A stretch of DNA of 62,040 nt from an uncultured virus (IMG/VR IMGVR_UViG_3300014203_000013) (IMGVR_UViG_3300014203_000013), one strand, 5' to 3'; shown: positions 37,025 through 48,342, counted from the stretch's first letter. Notes: generated from the sequence alone by a model not told the origin. Translations and numbers: made by a program.

Positions 37025-38145
37025 TATTCGTAAATATCCTGTGTTATCGTCTTTCGTAAATCAACCAAAACCCTAAAGGATATCCCAGAAGAAACTAAGA
37101 TATAAAGAGGGATAGACACCCAAAGATCCGCATGATCGGTTTCTATATTTCCTTGGAGAGCGGCAAGTGTTTTTTCCATCTTGATTTCATATTCTCCACT
37201 CGACGTGTCGATTACCAGACCGACATACAATCTTTCTGAAGAATCACTAATCATTGGAAGAGCGACCCGGAGTTCTGTCCCTTCTGATTCGTGTATGACA
37301 AAAACTCCGCCCTTTCTTGTAAAGAGATGCTTGAAAACGGCATAGTTGACGACAGTTCCGTTTTCGCCTTCATTGTCCTGTTCGAAACTGATTTGCCAAG
37401 GGCTTTCAGCGTATCCTTCCCCACTGAAACCGAAATCCGTGATACGAGCGTCGGCATTCTTATATTTGTGTATTACTGTCGGCTTTTCGAAAATAGGTAT
37501 GTATTCCACACATTTGACAAATGGAGCATTTTCACTTGATGACGCTTCTACCGTCGCGTTGATGCTTCCCTGAATAAATCTTCCCTTCGCGTAACAGAGA
37601 ACCTTTTGAACTGTTGAAAAATCGGCATAAGTAGAAGGAGACATAAATTCATTCGGGGCGTATTGAAATGCTATCTTCTCATACGAATAGCCTTCAAAAT
37701 TTTCTCCGTCCGACGTATCTACAATATTTGTCCAAAAAAACAAAGATATAATGTTGTGAGCCTTATTATATGAAACAGAAAAATCATAAACTTCATAAAA
37801 CGGATAAAATTTCCACGGAAGGTTTTCATCTCCATCATCCTCTGACTTCCATCCTACCCATTTGAGGCCAGGACTTGCAAGGCCGCTCAAACCAGTTCTT
37901 CCTCCGACAAGAGTCCTCATTCCTTTTTTTAGGTAGACGTCTGTCATTTTCTTGGTCGTTATATCCTTTTGCTTCCCGTTCACTGTTTTTTTCATATCGA
38001 AATCCATTTCTCCAGCATCTGGAGACATATCAACGAAGAAAATATAAATATCTCCGTTCGGCAATTCGACAGGTTGTATCCTTCTGGAACAATAGCTGTA
38101 ATTGGAAAAGTTTAAATTATCATCAAATTTACTGAGATCGTTCAT
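37024..38145 (-). CDS. Putative tail/baseplate protein
   Basis: Position and beta-rich composition. Confidence 0.5.
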   Translation of the reverse strand: MNDLSKFDDNLNFSNYSYCSRRIQPVELPNGDIYIFFVDMSPDAGEMDFDMKKTVNGKQKDITTKKMTDVYLKKGMRTLVGGRTGLSGLASPGLKWVGWKSEDDGDENLPWKFYPFYEVYDFSVSYNKAHNIISLFFWTNIVDTSDGENFEGYSYEKIAFQYAPNEFMSPSTYADFSTVQKVLCYAKGRFIQGSINATVEASSSENAPFVKCVEYIPIFEKPTVIHKYKNADARITDFGFSGEGYAESPWQISFEQDNEGENGTVVNYAVFKHLFTRKGGVFVIHESEGTELRVALPMISDSSERLYVGLVIDTSSGEYEIKMEKTLAALQGNIETDHADLWVSIPLYILVSSGISFRVLVDLRKTITQDIYE

Positions 38146-38921
38146 TATAAAGTCTTTTTATACTTCAAGAGCAGTTTAAGGGTTAACACATAGCTAGTAC
38201 TTCCCGTACTTTTAATCGTAAAAGCATAAGGGTTTTCTCCAACGTTATATTCAACCCACAGAAAATAGGGATTTACGGGGAGTTCTGAAAAGCCAGTCAC
38301 GCACATCGTTACGAATTTCAATTCCGGGACAGACGTCGGTGTCCCAAGAATCGTACGCAAATCCAATGATAAATCTGTCCCTACCGTAACCTCCACATCA
38401 TAGATTTCTTCTGAAAGAATAGCGTTCCCTTCCGGGTTCGTATCCAATGCCGTTACTCCTAGCCCGATTGTGGTGATCGCTACGGCTACAAGAATTCTTG
38501 TTTTCAAGTCCGCATCTGTACGGAATTCCGTAAATGACACTTCTGTTTCCAAGCTGTCAACTGAAGTAGGGTCATATTGTCCGCTTACCAACGTCAGATA
38601 AAGATATGCCGTTGCGTTATTCGTCGTGTCTATTGTCCAAACCAAAGGGTCAGATATGTTGAAATAATTAGAATCAATCACTCCTTCAAATGCCGGGACT
38701 ATGCCGGACATAGTGATAGTAACTGTTGACTGCGTTATATCTACAAAAGCTGTTGAAAAACTACCGATTTGTTTTATATGGTTTTCTGTGGAAATAGCGA
38801 GAATCGAATTTTCTACCCGTTGCCAATTTTCCGTTTCAACGTCTGGCCATATCCTATCCCCGTATCCGAGGGTCTGGAATTTCTGGAAAACCGTCTTATT
38901 TAAGTAGTTGTTTTCGGACAT
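38145..38921 (-). CDS. Putative tail/baseplate protein
   Basis: Position; E.ENWQRVEN helix and beta-rich body. Confidence 0.5.
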   Translation of the reverse strand: MSENNYLNKTVFQKFQTLGYGDRIWPDVETENWQRVENSILAISTENHIKQIGSFSTAFVDITQSTVTITMSGIVPAFEGVIDSNYFNISDPLVWTIDTTNNATAYLYLTLVSGQYDPTSVDSLETEVSFTEFRTDADLKTRILVAVAITTIGLGVTALDTNPEGNAILSEEIYDVEVTVGTDLSLDLRTILGTPTSVPELKFVTMCVTGFSELPVNPYFLWVEYNVGENPYAFTIKSTGSTSYVLTLKLLLKYKKTL

Positions 38922-39149
38922 TTATATTTCCTCATATTTTGATTTTACGACGAAAGGATAAAGTTCATCGGCTGGTTGTACGAAGCAACCTTCTCCTACA
39001 TAGATGTAATTTGTAGATATTTCAGGGAGTTCAATTTGAGTAATAACTGCCTGTCCGAACTTTGATGTCGGGTTGTTTGGCAGATTCGCCCAAGATGGAA
39101 TCTGAGATTCCACATATCCTTTTATTTGGCTTCCTAACCAATTACTCAT
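38922..39149 (-). CDS. Small putative tail protein
   Basis: AAGGTG RBS, operon packing. Confidence 0.45.
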   Translation of the reverse strand: MSNWLGSQIKGYVESQIPSWANLPNNPTSKFGQAVITQIELPEISTNYIYVGEGCFVQPADELYPFVVKSKYEEI

Positions 39150-39160
39150 TATTAACACCT

Positions 39161-41716
39161 TTACTTTTGCAATTGCAGACTAGTCGTCCATGTTTTTCCG
39201 ACGAGATCTATATTATGGGTTACTCCTATCACAATATATCCGAGAAATTTATCCAATATTTTGATATTTGCTCCTGGTATTGTCGTGCTTCCCATAATTT
39301 CATAATAATTGCTTCCTTTCGCTATCTTGTTAGCGATATTGTCCAATTCGTTCTGAGTCGGGAAACCAGGGACGGTATAACACAATCGTTTTGGCCAAGG
39401 GATACTCGGCGTTGTAATATTCTTCTTCAGCGCTGTCATCGGGAAAACAGGGAATTTATCAGGAAAATCTTTCTGCGCATCTTCTGTTATTTTTCTCATA
39501 CCTATAAGAACGATCTGATTCCTTAAGTTTTCAAAATTAGGATTCATTTCGATATTCTGAATGTTTGTTCCGTCAAACCCTGTCCATATTGTTCCTGTGT
39601 AATTAGGTCTACCGTCACTAAGCCTTTGAAAAAACTTGATAAGCCCGTCTTTTATCACGTATCCATGGGCCGTATCTTTGCAAATTTCATCTAAAGCCTG
39701 CCTACATATCAGCCCTGTGGTCCAATTAAAACATACAGTTTCAAACGGATCTGTTGACATCTGTAGCCTTACGGATTGATCTGCGCTTGAAAGATCGTAT
39801 GCGACTCCTGCGAATTTACAGAGATATGCGGCGACATCCACGAATTTCCATCCGTCGAAAATAGGAGGATTGATTAAATTGACATCATCAAGCCGTTTTT
39901 CAACACCTACCAAATTGACCGTAACATCGCATCCTGAATTGCTTGATGATTCACTACTTTCATAGGTATAACCCCGAAATAGAGAATAAGTCGTGTCATC
40001 TCGCGAAAGAGCCCCGTTAGTATTGTACCCTCCTTTTACATTGATATTTATTTTACCGACGCTTTGCGCTATAGCAGTAGATTGGTTCCCGTTTGTCGCG
40101 CCGTATTTATCCCATGAAAGTGTTCCAGTATTAGAATCTAACGTTGAATTTATTGTTACGTTTGTGATATAATCTTCCCATCCTGAAATTCCGTTGTTGT
40201 AATTTACAGCAGAACCCTGACTTGATGCCGGAACGGTTTCTGTCATTTGAATGATTTCACCGAAGATTTCACCGGCACGACGCTGGTATTTTCCAGTATT
40301 TTGTTGTAAGACGATATTGTTCGACTTGAAAACCTTCGTATATTCCGCTGGACCTTTTAATGTCGTCGCTGTAAATAAAATTTCATTGTCTGTACTGTAA
40401 TTCGTGTCGTTTTTCGTCCATATCGGGAAACCCTTGTATGAATAAGAATATCCATTAACTGCCATATTTCCACAGATTGTATGAACATAAGACATTTTTC
40501 TTGCGAAGTATATAGGGGAAAACGCAATGCAGCAACTGCAGTTTGACGCAGAAACAATTAGTTCAGTATCCGCCGTTCCTAGATTCGGCATAACGGATAC
40601 GCTACCCTTACGTGTCATTACAAAGATTTCATCCGGATTTTCCGGGTCAAATGGTACTCGTGTCCCATCCGACCTTGTTCTCATTTCAGCAAAATCAAAA
40701 ATAGATGCTTTTTTAACGACAGGGAGATACGCGGTACTTGAAGATATAATGTTTTTCCCTGTCTGAACACCGCTTTGAATGACAACTCCGTCCCAAAGGG
40801 GATAGATCGTAATAACGAAAGATTCCCCTTTGTCCGTGGATGCTGATTTCCCTTGTGGAATACATTCTTCTCCAAGCCCTCTAACGAGATTCACTGTTTC
40901 TGAATTTTTTTCTCCTTGTTTCCATGAAGCCACGCATCTGCCATCTGTTTCAATAGAAAGAATAAGATCCCCCATTTGGATCAAGATATTGGGTTGTAGC
41001 TTTTCTTCCGTGGATGCTTCGATATCTTTTCCCTCCTTTTCAGGATTGAGAGAAGTTCCTTCTTCCCTCAATGTTTGGGAAGGGATATCTGTATCAAATA
41101 CGGATATCACCATTTGAAAAGCCCCGCCTCCTATGACGTTCGTCGTGTCAATATCTGTGATTGATTGCGGAATATACGCTGTCTCTCTCGTGAGTCTAGC
41201 TTCTGTTTTAGAATTTCCGAAACCTTTCTTTATTGCGACGGAAGACTGTTCATCGTCTGTTGTTACATTACAACGGCTTCTTTCTTCTTCTTTAAATTCC
41301 CAAGCAAACACGCCGGTTGAAATTCCTCCTGCGATTCCGTTGTCCGTCAGCATCTGAGACGGAACAAGAAGTTTCGGCATAAGACTTTTTTGAGCCGTTA
41401 AGAAAGCGGAAGCCGTCTTTTTAAAATTATTTTCATAACTTCCTTTTGTCATAAATGTGGGCATTTGGGAGGAAGAAGAATATTCGTTTCCAAGAGGCTG
41501 TAAAAAAAATCCATTCTGTCCGATAAGAAACACATCACTAGTATTCGGAGCAAGAATGAAAAACGGTTCTCCCGCATATTGAATTCTTGTAAAGATTTTT
41601 CTTTCAAAGCTTCCCAAAGAAGGAATGGTGAGATCATTCGTTATAACCACTTCCGGATTGCAAGGAGATGGAAAATAAACTTGTTTCGTTGTGACATTTG
41701 TGTAGGTATCTGCCAT
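39161..41716 (-). CDS. Putative baseplate hub/tail-tip protein
   Basis: Directly after the tape measure; C-terminal hub-like pattern (LFRGY...ALDEIC...GVTHNIDL..WTTSLQL). Confidence 0.6.
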   Translation of the reverse strand: MADTYTNVTTKQVYFPSPCNPEVVITNDLTIPSLGSFERKIFTRIQYAGEPFFILAPNTSDVFLIGQNGFFLQPLGNEYSSSSQMPTFMTKGSYENNFKKTASAFLTAQKSLMPKLLVPSQMLTDNGIAGGISTGVFAWEFKEEERSRCNVTTDDEQSSVAIKKGFGNSKTEARLTRETAYIPQSITDIDTTNVIGGGAFQMVISVFDTDIPSQTLREEGTSLNPEKEGKDIEASTEEKLQPNILIQMGDLILSIETDGRCVASWKQGEKNSETVNLVRGLGEECIPQGKSASTDKGESFVITIYPLWDGVVIQSGVQTGKNIISSSTAYLPVVKKASIFDFAEMRTRSDGTRVPFDPENPDEIFVMTRKGSVSVMPNLGTADTELIVSASNCSCCIAFSPIYFARKMSYVHTICGNMAVNGYSYSYKGFPIWTKNDTNYSTDNEILFTATTLKGPAEYTKVFKSNNIVLQQNTGKYQRRAGEIFGEIIQMTETVPASSQGSAVNYNNGISGWEDYITNVTINSTLDSNTGTLSWDKYGATNGNQSTAIAQSVGKININVKGGYNTNGALSRDDTTYSLFRGYTYESSESSSNSGCDVTVNLVGVEKRLDDVNLINPPIFDGWKFVDVAAYLCKFAGVAYDLSSADQSVRLQMSTDPFETVCFNWTTGLICRQALDEICKDTAHGYVIKDGLIKFFQRLSDGRPNYTGTIWTGFDGTNIQNIEMNPNFENLRNQIVLIGMRKITEDAQKDFPDKFPVFPMTALKKNITTPSIPWPKRLCYTVPGFPTQNELDNIANKIAKGSNYYEIMGSTTIPGANIKILDKFLGYIVIGVTHNIDLVGKTWTTSLQLQK

Positions 41717-44700
41717 TATTTCGCCGCTCCAGAAGCTTTTGTATTATTCTCCGTAACTATACGGTTCGCCTGTACAATAGCCGCACCGAATTCCCTGTTT
41801 TTGCACAAATTGAAAGACCAGTCTTCCATCTTCAGGATCAATCCCTGATCCAATGCGAGCTGCACTTTCCCGTTAACTTGAAGTTCTTCTTGTGATTTGC
41901 CGCTTTCAATTCTTGAACCGGTAAAGTAATCAGCCTTATTCATGTCTTTATCCGCCGTGATTCCGTCTACGCTTCCGCCTGTGGCCATCACCGCCATAAC
42001 CTGATCGCGAGACATGTTAGGGGTTCCTCGTAAATACATACCGCTTCTTCCTTTGACACGGGTAGCATCCTTTCCCATCAAAACGGAATCGTCCATTATC
42101 CCTTTCTTGAAACCTACATCTGACAGATGTCCGAAAGCCATTCCGATGAATTTTTCATAAGTTGATTTTTGAATACCTATCGTGTCTCTAGTCATTTTCA
42201 TTTTCATACGTTCCAAATCCGTCTGGGCTTTAATTAATTCAAAACCTTCGAGTGTTCCTGACTTGACCCCCGTATTTATGAAATCTTGCTGGACTGAAAT
42301 GGATTGACGTTCCTTTTCTATCGCCCTAGAACGAAGGCTCAGGATTTCACTGAAACCTCCCCCCATTTCTTCAAGAAAATCCGCCTGCTCACGCATCCAG
42401 TCAGAAGCGAAACTGATTTCTTCTTTCTTCTGATCCCTGACCTTCTTTGCTAGTTCAAGTTCCGCTTTTTTAGCATCTAGAGACCGGATAGCGTATTCAG
42501 CTTCTTTTTCTTTATATTCCTGACTTCCTTTTTCATGTTTTGACGCCATCCTCTGCATGTCTGATTTTGCTATTTCCGCCAATCTTTTCTTAGTTTCAAC
42601 TTCAGCCTCCCAAAATGGTTTAAGTGCCTGAAAACTTCCATTAATGGATTCGACATAGTTTTGCTGTGCTGAAAGTCCTTTCAGATAGATTTCTATGTCT
42701 TTGGATAATATTTCAAGGTCTTTAACATCAACCATCGCTTCCTTTAATTTTTCTTCGGCATCAGTACGTTTTTCTTCCAAATCAACTAAACTTTTTTCAG
42801 CAGCAAGTCTTTCTTCATACGTCTTTCCTGAGACACTTACTTTTCTGGCTTCTGTCATAGCCTTTTCTACGCCTTGAAGTTCATTTTGAGCTTCAGAAAT
42901 ATTCTCTTTTCTTAAACCGCCAGCTGCCTGGAATTCTCCTCCGAGATACCTAGAACGGCTAAAAGCCGCCTTTGCTAAGGCCCTTGCCATTTTTATTTTC
43001 GTGGTGCCAACGGTTCCGGCACCACCCTGTGTAAGCTGTTCCTGTATGATTTGATCCAATATGCTGATACGTCCATCAATAAGAGCTTTGTCAGCTTCTG
43101 CTAGTTTTTTGTCTATTTTCGAAAGTGTTGATTCCGCTGCCATGTATTCTTTAGAACCTTCATATCCGGCGATTTTCTTCATTTCTTCTATCTTTGACAA
43201 AACAGTTTTTCTTTCTTCTTCATAAAGACCGACCATCTTCTTATATTCTTCATCCATTGACTTTTGTTTGTCAAGACTAGCTTCTTTGAATTCGACCATA
43301 TTCCCGGCCTTAGACGCGATTTCTGAGTCAATGTCCGCTAGGTTCTTTATATGTCCATAATAATCCGTCCACATGGAAGATATTATTTCCGTCTGATTGT
43401 AAATCGCCTCCATTTCTCTACCGATAGTAAGTAGGGATTCTTGTCCTCCTTTTGTCATCCTTGTAATTCTTCCGCTTGACCCTTTAGAATACCTGTAAGG
43501 GTCTACGGTTCCAGAAATCCGTTCTTTAAGCCCTTCCCCTTTATCTTCTGAATAAAACTGGCCATACCCTGAAAACAAACCTTTCCCGAAAGATTTTAAC
43601 GCATCTGGTCCGGAAGTTAGAGCAGAATAAAGTTCTTTCGGATTGTATGAATTTCCTCCAAAAGCCTTAGAAACCCCTGCTCCCAATACTTGTCCTCCGA
43701 CTAGTCCGGTAAGAACGGCCCCTCCTAATTCTAATCCACCGAGACTAAACGCGCCTTTCCCAATGTTTAACGCTCGTTTTCCAACGGCTTTCGCTCCAGC
43801 CGCGAGATTACCGCCCCCAATACCTTTTAAGAGATTTCCCACGCTTCCAGTCCCTCTAATTGCGGCTATCATTCCGACAATCAAAAGGATTTTACTAGTA
43901 TAATCTACAAGGGAATTTATTCCTCCCAGCGTTTTACTGGCAAGGGAAAGAGACGGCATGAAATAACGGCTTGCCTCATCTTTTGCATATTCTCCGAAAC
44001 TGTCTACCAGCTTCTGCACATTTTCTATATCCGCCGCTTTTGATTTTTCGACTTCTCCACCAAACATTCCTCCAGACCTCAATTGAAGCATCGTTCCGAA
44101 TTGGCGGTTTTCCAACAGGTTAAAAACATCTGCCTTGTCAAACCCCTGAAAACCTTTACCTTTTATCTGATTACTTACATTCGGCATCTTAGAAAGAATG
44201 TCTTGATAACTTCCGAACATCTTCATCGCGTCATTCCCGTATACTGATTTTATTTTCAAAAATGACTGTTCGATTTGTTTGGTGCTGAACCCAAGACTTT
44301 CGCCTCTCTTTAATTCCTCAAAAAAAGACACCATTTCATTCTTGGTTAAAGATAGAGACCAACGCATGTTGTCTAGACTTTTCTTTTGGATTAGAGATGC
44401 TCTTGAAAATTTTTCTTGTTCAATGTCATAGCGTCTTACGGAATTAACATAATCCTGCATCGCGTCAATATTCTTTTTTATTTCATTCGTGAGTAATGAA
44501 ACTGACGCGCCCATTAACGCGAGTTTCCCGCCAGACTTTAAAGCCTCCTCAAGATAAAGCTTCGTTTCCTTACGGCCTTCCTTGTAGGCGTTCGTCAATT
44601 TCTTAAAACTTGATTCATACTTGTCTATCTTTCCCGTATATTCTTCCATCGCTTTGGCGGCGGAATTCAATGCCTTTACAAGCTTGTTGATTTCCCCGAC

Positions 44701-44850
44701 ACCAAGATTTGAACCTTTAAGGACACCTTTCTTTTCTGAAGCAGATAGTTTCGCCCAAAATTCACGAACGGCTCCATTTTCTAAAATTTTTGAAGCACCT
44801 GCTAAGTCTTGGCCTTTAAGGCTTATATTTGAAAGGATATCTTGCGGCAT
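41716..44850 (-). CDS. Tape measure protein
   Basis: 1044 aa, long helical/coiled-coil regions, central Gly/Ala-rich hydrophobic segments, follows chaperone-like genes. Confidence 0.8.
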   Translation of the reverse strand: MPQDILSNISLKGQDLAGASKILENGAVREFWAKLSASEKKGVLKGSNLGVGEINKLVKALNSAAKAMEEYTGKIDKYESSFKKLTNAYKEGRKETKLYLEEALKSGGKLALMGASVSLLTNEIKKNIDAMQDYVNSVRRYDIEQEKFSRASLIQKKSLDNMRWSLSLTKNEMVSFFEELKRGESLGFSTKQIEQSFLKIKSVYGNDAMKMFGSYQDILSKMPNVSNQIKGKGFQGFDKADVFNLLENRQFGTMLQLRSGGMFGGEVEKSKAADIENVQKLVDSFGEYAKDEASRYFMPSLSLASKTLGGINSLVDYTSKILLIVGMIAAIRGTGSVGNLLKGIGGGNLAAGAKAVGKRALNIGKGAFSLGGLELGGAVLTGLVGGQVLGAGVSKAFGGNSYNPKELYSALTSGPDALKSFGKGLFSGYGQFYSEDKGEGLKERISGTVDPYRYSKGSSGRITRMTKGGQESLLTIGREMEAIYNQTEIISSMWTDYYGHIKNLADIDSEIASKAGNMVEFKEASLDKQKSMDEEYKKMVGLYEEERKTVLSKIEEMKKIAGYEGSKEYMAAESTLSKIDKKLAEADKALIDGRISILDQIIQEQLTQGGAGTVGTTKIKMARALAKAAFSRSRYLGGEFQAAGGLRKENISEAQNELQGVEKAMTEARKVSVSGKTYEERLAAEKSLVDLEEKRTDAEEKLKEAMVDVKDLEILSKDIEIYLKGLSAQQNYVESINGSFQALKPFWEAEVETKKRLAEIAKSDMQRMASKHEKGSQEYKEKEAEYAIRSLDAKKAELELAKKVRDQKKEEISFASDWMREQADFLEEMGGGFSEILSLRSRAIEKERQSISVQQDFINTGVKSGTLEGFELIKAQTDLERMKMKMTRDTIGIQKSTYEKFIGMAFGHLSDVGFKKGIMDDSVLMGKDATRVKGRSGMYLRGTPNMSRDQVMAVMATGGSVDGITADKDMNKADYFTGSRIESGKSQEELQVNGKVQLALDQGLILKMEDWSFNLCKNREFGAAIVQANRIVTENNTKASGAAK

Positions 44851-44883
44851 TTATACACCTATACCTACGGTTTAAGGACACCT

Positions 44884-45492
44884 TTAACTAATAAGTGTCT
44901 GCCTTTCAAATAAGGTAAACACTATATCCCAGATGACGGTATGAAGCCTGTTAATCCAATCTATAGTTTCAACAGAAAGGCTTCCTTCTTTTTCCCGAAT
45001 GATTTCTACAGGGTTTCCGGAAGAATCCTGCATAGACCATGATTTCAAATGACCTAAAAGAATAAAATTACGGAAAAGATTCGTGTCAATTACCTGTTCT
45101 TTCCCGATAAAACGGCTCGACTTCTGCCTATAAATACAAACGTCATCAAAATTAGGAACTGAAAATTCAAACCATTGTTCTGTTTTCAGAATTAGTTTTT
45201 CCATAGCCTGAGATTCTATATCTCCCTTCTTTGTGACAGAAAGGATTCTTCCTGTTTCAGGATCGCTCCAAACATCGACGTCAATCCTCACAGCCTGATC
45301 CGGTTCCATAAAGAAAGACGGTTTTTTCGGTTCCTTCTGCGTTCCTTTTACGGATTCCGTTACCGACCTGAAAGCCGCTTTTTCCAAGCCTTCCTTGTCG
45401 GAGAAAGAGGTTTTAAGTAAAGCAGAAGTTTTATTTTCCTGTTCTTCCTTTTTGGATTCGTCATTATCGATATCTTTATTTTCTTCATTCAT
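44884..45492 (-). CDS. Putative tail assembly chaperone (paralog 3)
   Basis: Immediately upstream of the TMP; LKSWS motif; similar to 46318-46953 and 46943-47398. Confidence 0.55.
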   Translation of the reverse strand: MNEENKDIDNDESKKEEQENKTSALLKTSFSDKEGLEKAAFRSVTESVKGTQKEPKKPSFFMEPDQAVRIDVDVWSDPETGRILSVTKKGDIESQAMEKLILKTEQWFEFSVPNFDDVCIYRQKSSRFIGKEQVIDTNLFRNFILLGHLKSWSMQDSSGNPVEIIREKEGSLSVETIDWINRLHTVIWDIVFTLFERQTLIS

Positions 45493-45496
45493 GTTG

Positions 45497-46321
45497 TCAT
45501 CCTAGAGTTAGTATGTTTTGATCGTTTTTACCTATCGCCGAACTCTGTATAGAATAACGGTAAGAAGGTAATTCGTTTAAGCCGCCGATAGAATAACCTG
45601 TCGCCGTTGTTCGGCCGACGATCTTAAAGGAATCCGTAGCGATATAAACCGTATCCGTTACAAGTGGGCAAAAAGTGTTGAAATCAAGGTTTATTGAAAC
45701 TTCACCCACAAAGAGATATACCGGAGAACTTGCGAGGATTCCTTCTGTTATGAGTTGATATCGATTTAAATTTGAAAATTTAGGAGTTACCGTCTGAGAA
45801 TATGTAAGATTCCAATCCCTTACATATGAATTTCCACTCCACCAATACGGAATAATGTCCGAAATGTGTGAATCTCTATTGTTTGTGGAAAGACTTGAAA
45901 ATTTTTTAGAAGCCGGGTTCCTGCAAGAAAAATTCAAACTCGCTGCAATAAAACCGTTCGGCGTTCCGTTTACGGTAATCGTGTCTAATACGCATCCGTC
46001 TTCCCCCGTCCCACCAATTTCAAAACCATATTTTCCGTCATACATTTCCACGCTGAAGCGCTGATTTCTAGACATTAAATTTTCAATAACGCTTAGACCG
46101 TTAAGAGTCAAATCAAAACCCATGCTTCCTGAATGGGTAACGGTTCCATCCGCATGCAATACCCTGCTTCTGTTTGTTTCATCCATCGGTGCCAAGTAAC
46201 CGGATGTGTAAGCTGGTGATACGGAATTTTCTAAACTTCCCGAAGTCATCAGTACTTCAGTGCCGTTGATAAACCCTCGTCCACCGTACCCTAGTCTTAT
46301 TGATGTGATGGTATCTGTCAT
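45497..46321 (-). CDS. Tail-tube-like protein (paralog 3)
   Basis: LGYGG...HADG..SGSMGFDL...IPYW...WNL, shared with 48368-49354. Confidence 0.55.
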   Translation of the reverse strand: MTDTITSIRLGYGGRGFINGTEVLMTSGSLENSVSPAYTSGYLAPMDETNRSRVLHADGTVTHSGSMGFDLTLNGLSVIENLMSRNQRFSVEMYDGKYGFEIGGTGEDGCVLDTITVNGTPNGFIAASLNFSCRNPASKKFSSLSTNNRDSHISDIIPYWWSGNSYVRDWNLTYSQTVTPKFSNLNRYQLITEGILASSPVYLFVGEVSINLDFNTFCPLVTDTVYIATDSFKIVGRTTATGYSIGGLNELPSYRYSIQSSAIGKNDQNILTLG

Positions 46322-46953
46322 ACATCCCTCATTTTTTCCGCTTCCTTTGTAAGAATGAGTTTGATTTTCGAATATTCTTTCAGTGTCATCTTTTCTATAT
46401 CTGCTTTGGTAAGCCCGAATTTATCCCATAGACTTTCTAAAGTGAATGTCGAGGATATCCCTGGACTCGGGTCAAACACTTTCCCTGACTTGCTTCCGAA
46501 AAGCAATGCAGTTTCTCTTTCCATCTTTTTCCTTTCTTCTTCTGACATTGAAAAAGAATCTTCGTATAGAGACAGAGCATAATTAATGATTGGTGCCGGA
46601 TAAGATTTTAATATTTCCCAATCTTTTTCAGAAACCCATCCGTTTTCCCTTTCAAATATTTTATCATCCATCGAAAAAACGGTTCTTCGTAATAAAAGAT
46701 AGCGATAAATGTTGTAGTCCGTATGTGATGCGTCATACAGCCCGTTTGTCAGTTTAATGGAATAAGATAATTTGTCAAGTTCGATACTGTCTTTCAAGGT
46801 GAATTCTTTAAAAAGAAATATCTTCTCTTTTTCACTTTCTTTTGCTGGAATTTCTATCCCTGAATAAATAATGAAAGGGAATTTTATCTCCACACAATCG
46901 CCGTGTTTACAAATTCCGTTAATGATATCATCTACTTCCATTTTAACCGCCAC
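46318..46953 (-). CDS. Putative tail assembly chaperone (paralog 2)
   Basis: F.FKEFT..D...DYNIYR; C-terminal WDKFGLTKADIEKMTLKEY resembles a gpT-like tail. Confidence 0.5.
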   Translation of the reverse strand: MAVKMEVDDIINGICKHGDCVEIKFPFIIYSGIEIPAKESEKEKIFLFKEFTLKDSIELDKLSYSIKLTNGLYDASHTDYNIYRYLLLRRTVFSMDDKIFERENGWVSEKDWEILKSYPAPIINYALSLYEDSFSMSEEERKKMERETALLFGSKSGKVFDPSPGISSTFTLESLWDKFGLTKADIEKMTLKEYSKIKLILTKEAEKMRDV

Positions 46954-47398
46954 AGTCCAAAAAAAAGTTCATTTCATCTAGAATCTTCTGTATGATAGTA
47001 GGGTCTAGTCTTGTGAATGCTTTCCATGATTCATCCGTGAGGATTCCATTCACATGCTGGATAGACAATCTTGGATTATCTTTTGAAAACGTCCATTCAG
47101 TCAACAGCTTCTGGACTTTCATTCGGTTCATCATGTCAAGGTCGATATTCGTTTTTCTTGACATCGGATCAATATTAGTAGATTTTCTCTTGATTTCGAT
47201 CATTTCCTCAAATGTCCATATCCGGAAAGAAACACGGTGTTCTTCACTATTCCTTGTCGGTTGGTGGACAACGATCCAGCGACCATTATGATTGACGACA
47301 TTGATAATGATATCAAAAGTCTGTTCAGGATTTACTTCATATTTCCCTGGTTTCTGAAGGCTCAATTCCACTGATTTGTTTCTTGGTTCTATCTTCAT
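46943..47398 (-). CDS. Putative tail assembly chaperone (paralog 1)
   Basis: FRIWTFEE..IKRKS...IDLD...LLTEWT. Confidence 0.5.
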   Translation of the reverse strand: MKIEPRNKSVELSLQKPGKYEVNPEQTFDIIINVVNHNGRWIVVHQPTRNSEEHRVSFRIWTFEEMIEIKRKSTNIDPMSRKTNIDLDMMNRMKVQKLLTEWTFSKDNPRLSIQHVNGILTDESWKAFTRLDPTIIQKILDEMNFFLDCGG

Positions 47399-47444
47399 GA
47401 CGTTTTATCATCTTAAGATGACAGATGTTCCTTTTAAAAAATTG

Positions 47445-48290
47445 TTAAGAGACCCCGTAAATTTGAAAGTTGTAACCGACTTCATTTAGATTTTCTGTCC
47501 CTGAAAAAGGATTATCAACCAGATTCAGTTCTCCTTTGCAGGTTATTCCAATCCCATCTATATTAATAGTCATTGTGTTTCTTATATTCACATCTTCACC
47601 GGAAAAAACTAAAGGCATCGCGGTTATCAAATTCGAATCATTTTCATGAGTCGCGAACGTCAGATTTCCGGAAAGAATACCGCATCCTAGAACACATGGA
47701 TTCATCGGAACATTCGCTTGATAGTTCATACACCCAAAGAACTTTATGATTTCCTGTGAGATGGTAAGATTCCAATTTTTGACATATTCGAATTCGGAGA
47801 TATTCGTCTTCCAAAAAGGTATCGGGTCATATTCAGGAAGAAATTCATTCGCGAAACCACCCGTCTGATTTGACCAATAGGCGGAAAAGGCATCTATGTC
47901 AAATCTCGTTCGTTCCAATGCCGTGAAATTTATGTTCACCGTTACAAGAGCATCCTCCCCTGTTGATATGGAAATTTCGTTCCACCAAGCCTGTTGTAGT
48001 TCCTGTGATCCTGATTGACCGGAATTAAGTATCAAAGAAACAGGATTCTGTCTCTGTAAAATCATGTCCTTTACTGTCGTTATCAACGTCGGTGTGGCTT
48101 CTGTTGTTAAGGAAGCCGAGACGTTCGGCCAATCATAATAATGAACTTGGCCGAAAGGAATATTCGCTCCTGTTATTGAACCTCCGTAGATTCCTGAACT
48201 GTCTATCCTGGCACGATCAACCTGGGTGTCTGCTGCCGAAGCAGGTATAAAAATTCCGTTTAGCAATACCCAAGATTCATATCCGAACAT
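47445..48290 (-). CDS. Tail-tube-like protein (paralog 2)
   Basis: MFGYE..LLNG...PIPFWKT...WNL. Confidence 0.55.
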   Translation of the reverse strand: MFGYESWVLLNGIFIPASAADTQVDRARIDSSGIYGGSITGANIPFGQVHYYDWPNVSASLTTEATPTLITTVKDMILQRQNPVSLILNSGQSGSQELQQAWWNEISISTGEDALVTVNINFTALERTRFDIDAFSAYWSNQTGGFANEFLPEYDPIPFWKTNISEFEYVKNWNLTISQEIIKFFGCMNYQANVPMNPCVLGCGILSGNLTFATHENDSNLITAMPLVFSGEDVNIRNTMTINIDGIGITCKGELNLVDNPFSGTENLNEVGYNFQIYGVS

Positions 48291-48311
48291 TTTTATACCT
48301 CACTAAAGAAT

Positions 48312-48342
48312 GAAAGGGATGTCTGTTAAACATCCCCTTTTC
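48312..48342 (-). terminator. Intrinsic terminator-like hairpin after the putative major tail protein
   Basis: Minus strand AAGGGGATGT-TTAACAG-ACATCCCTT then TCATTCTTT. Confidence 0.65.
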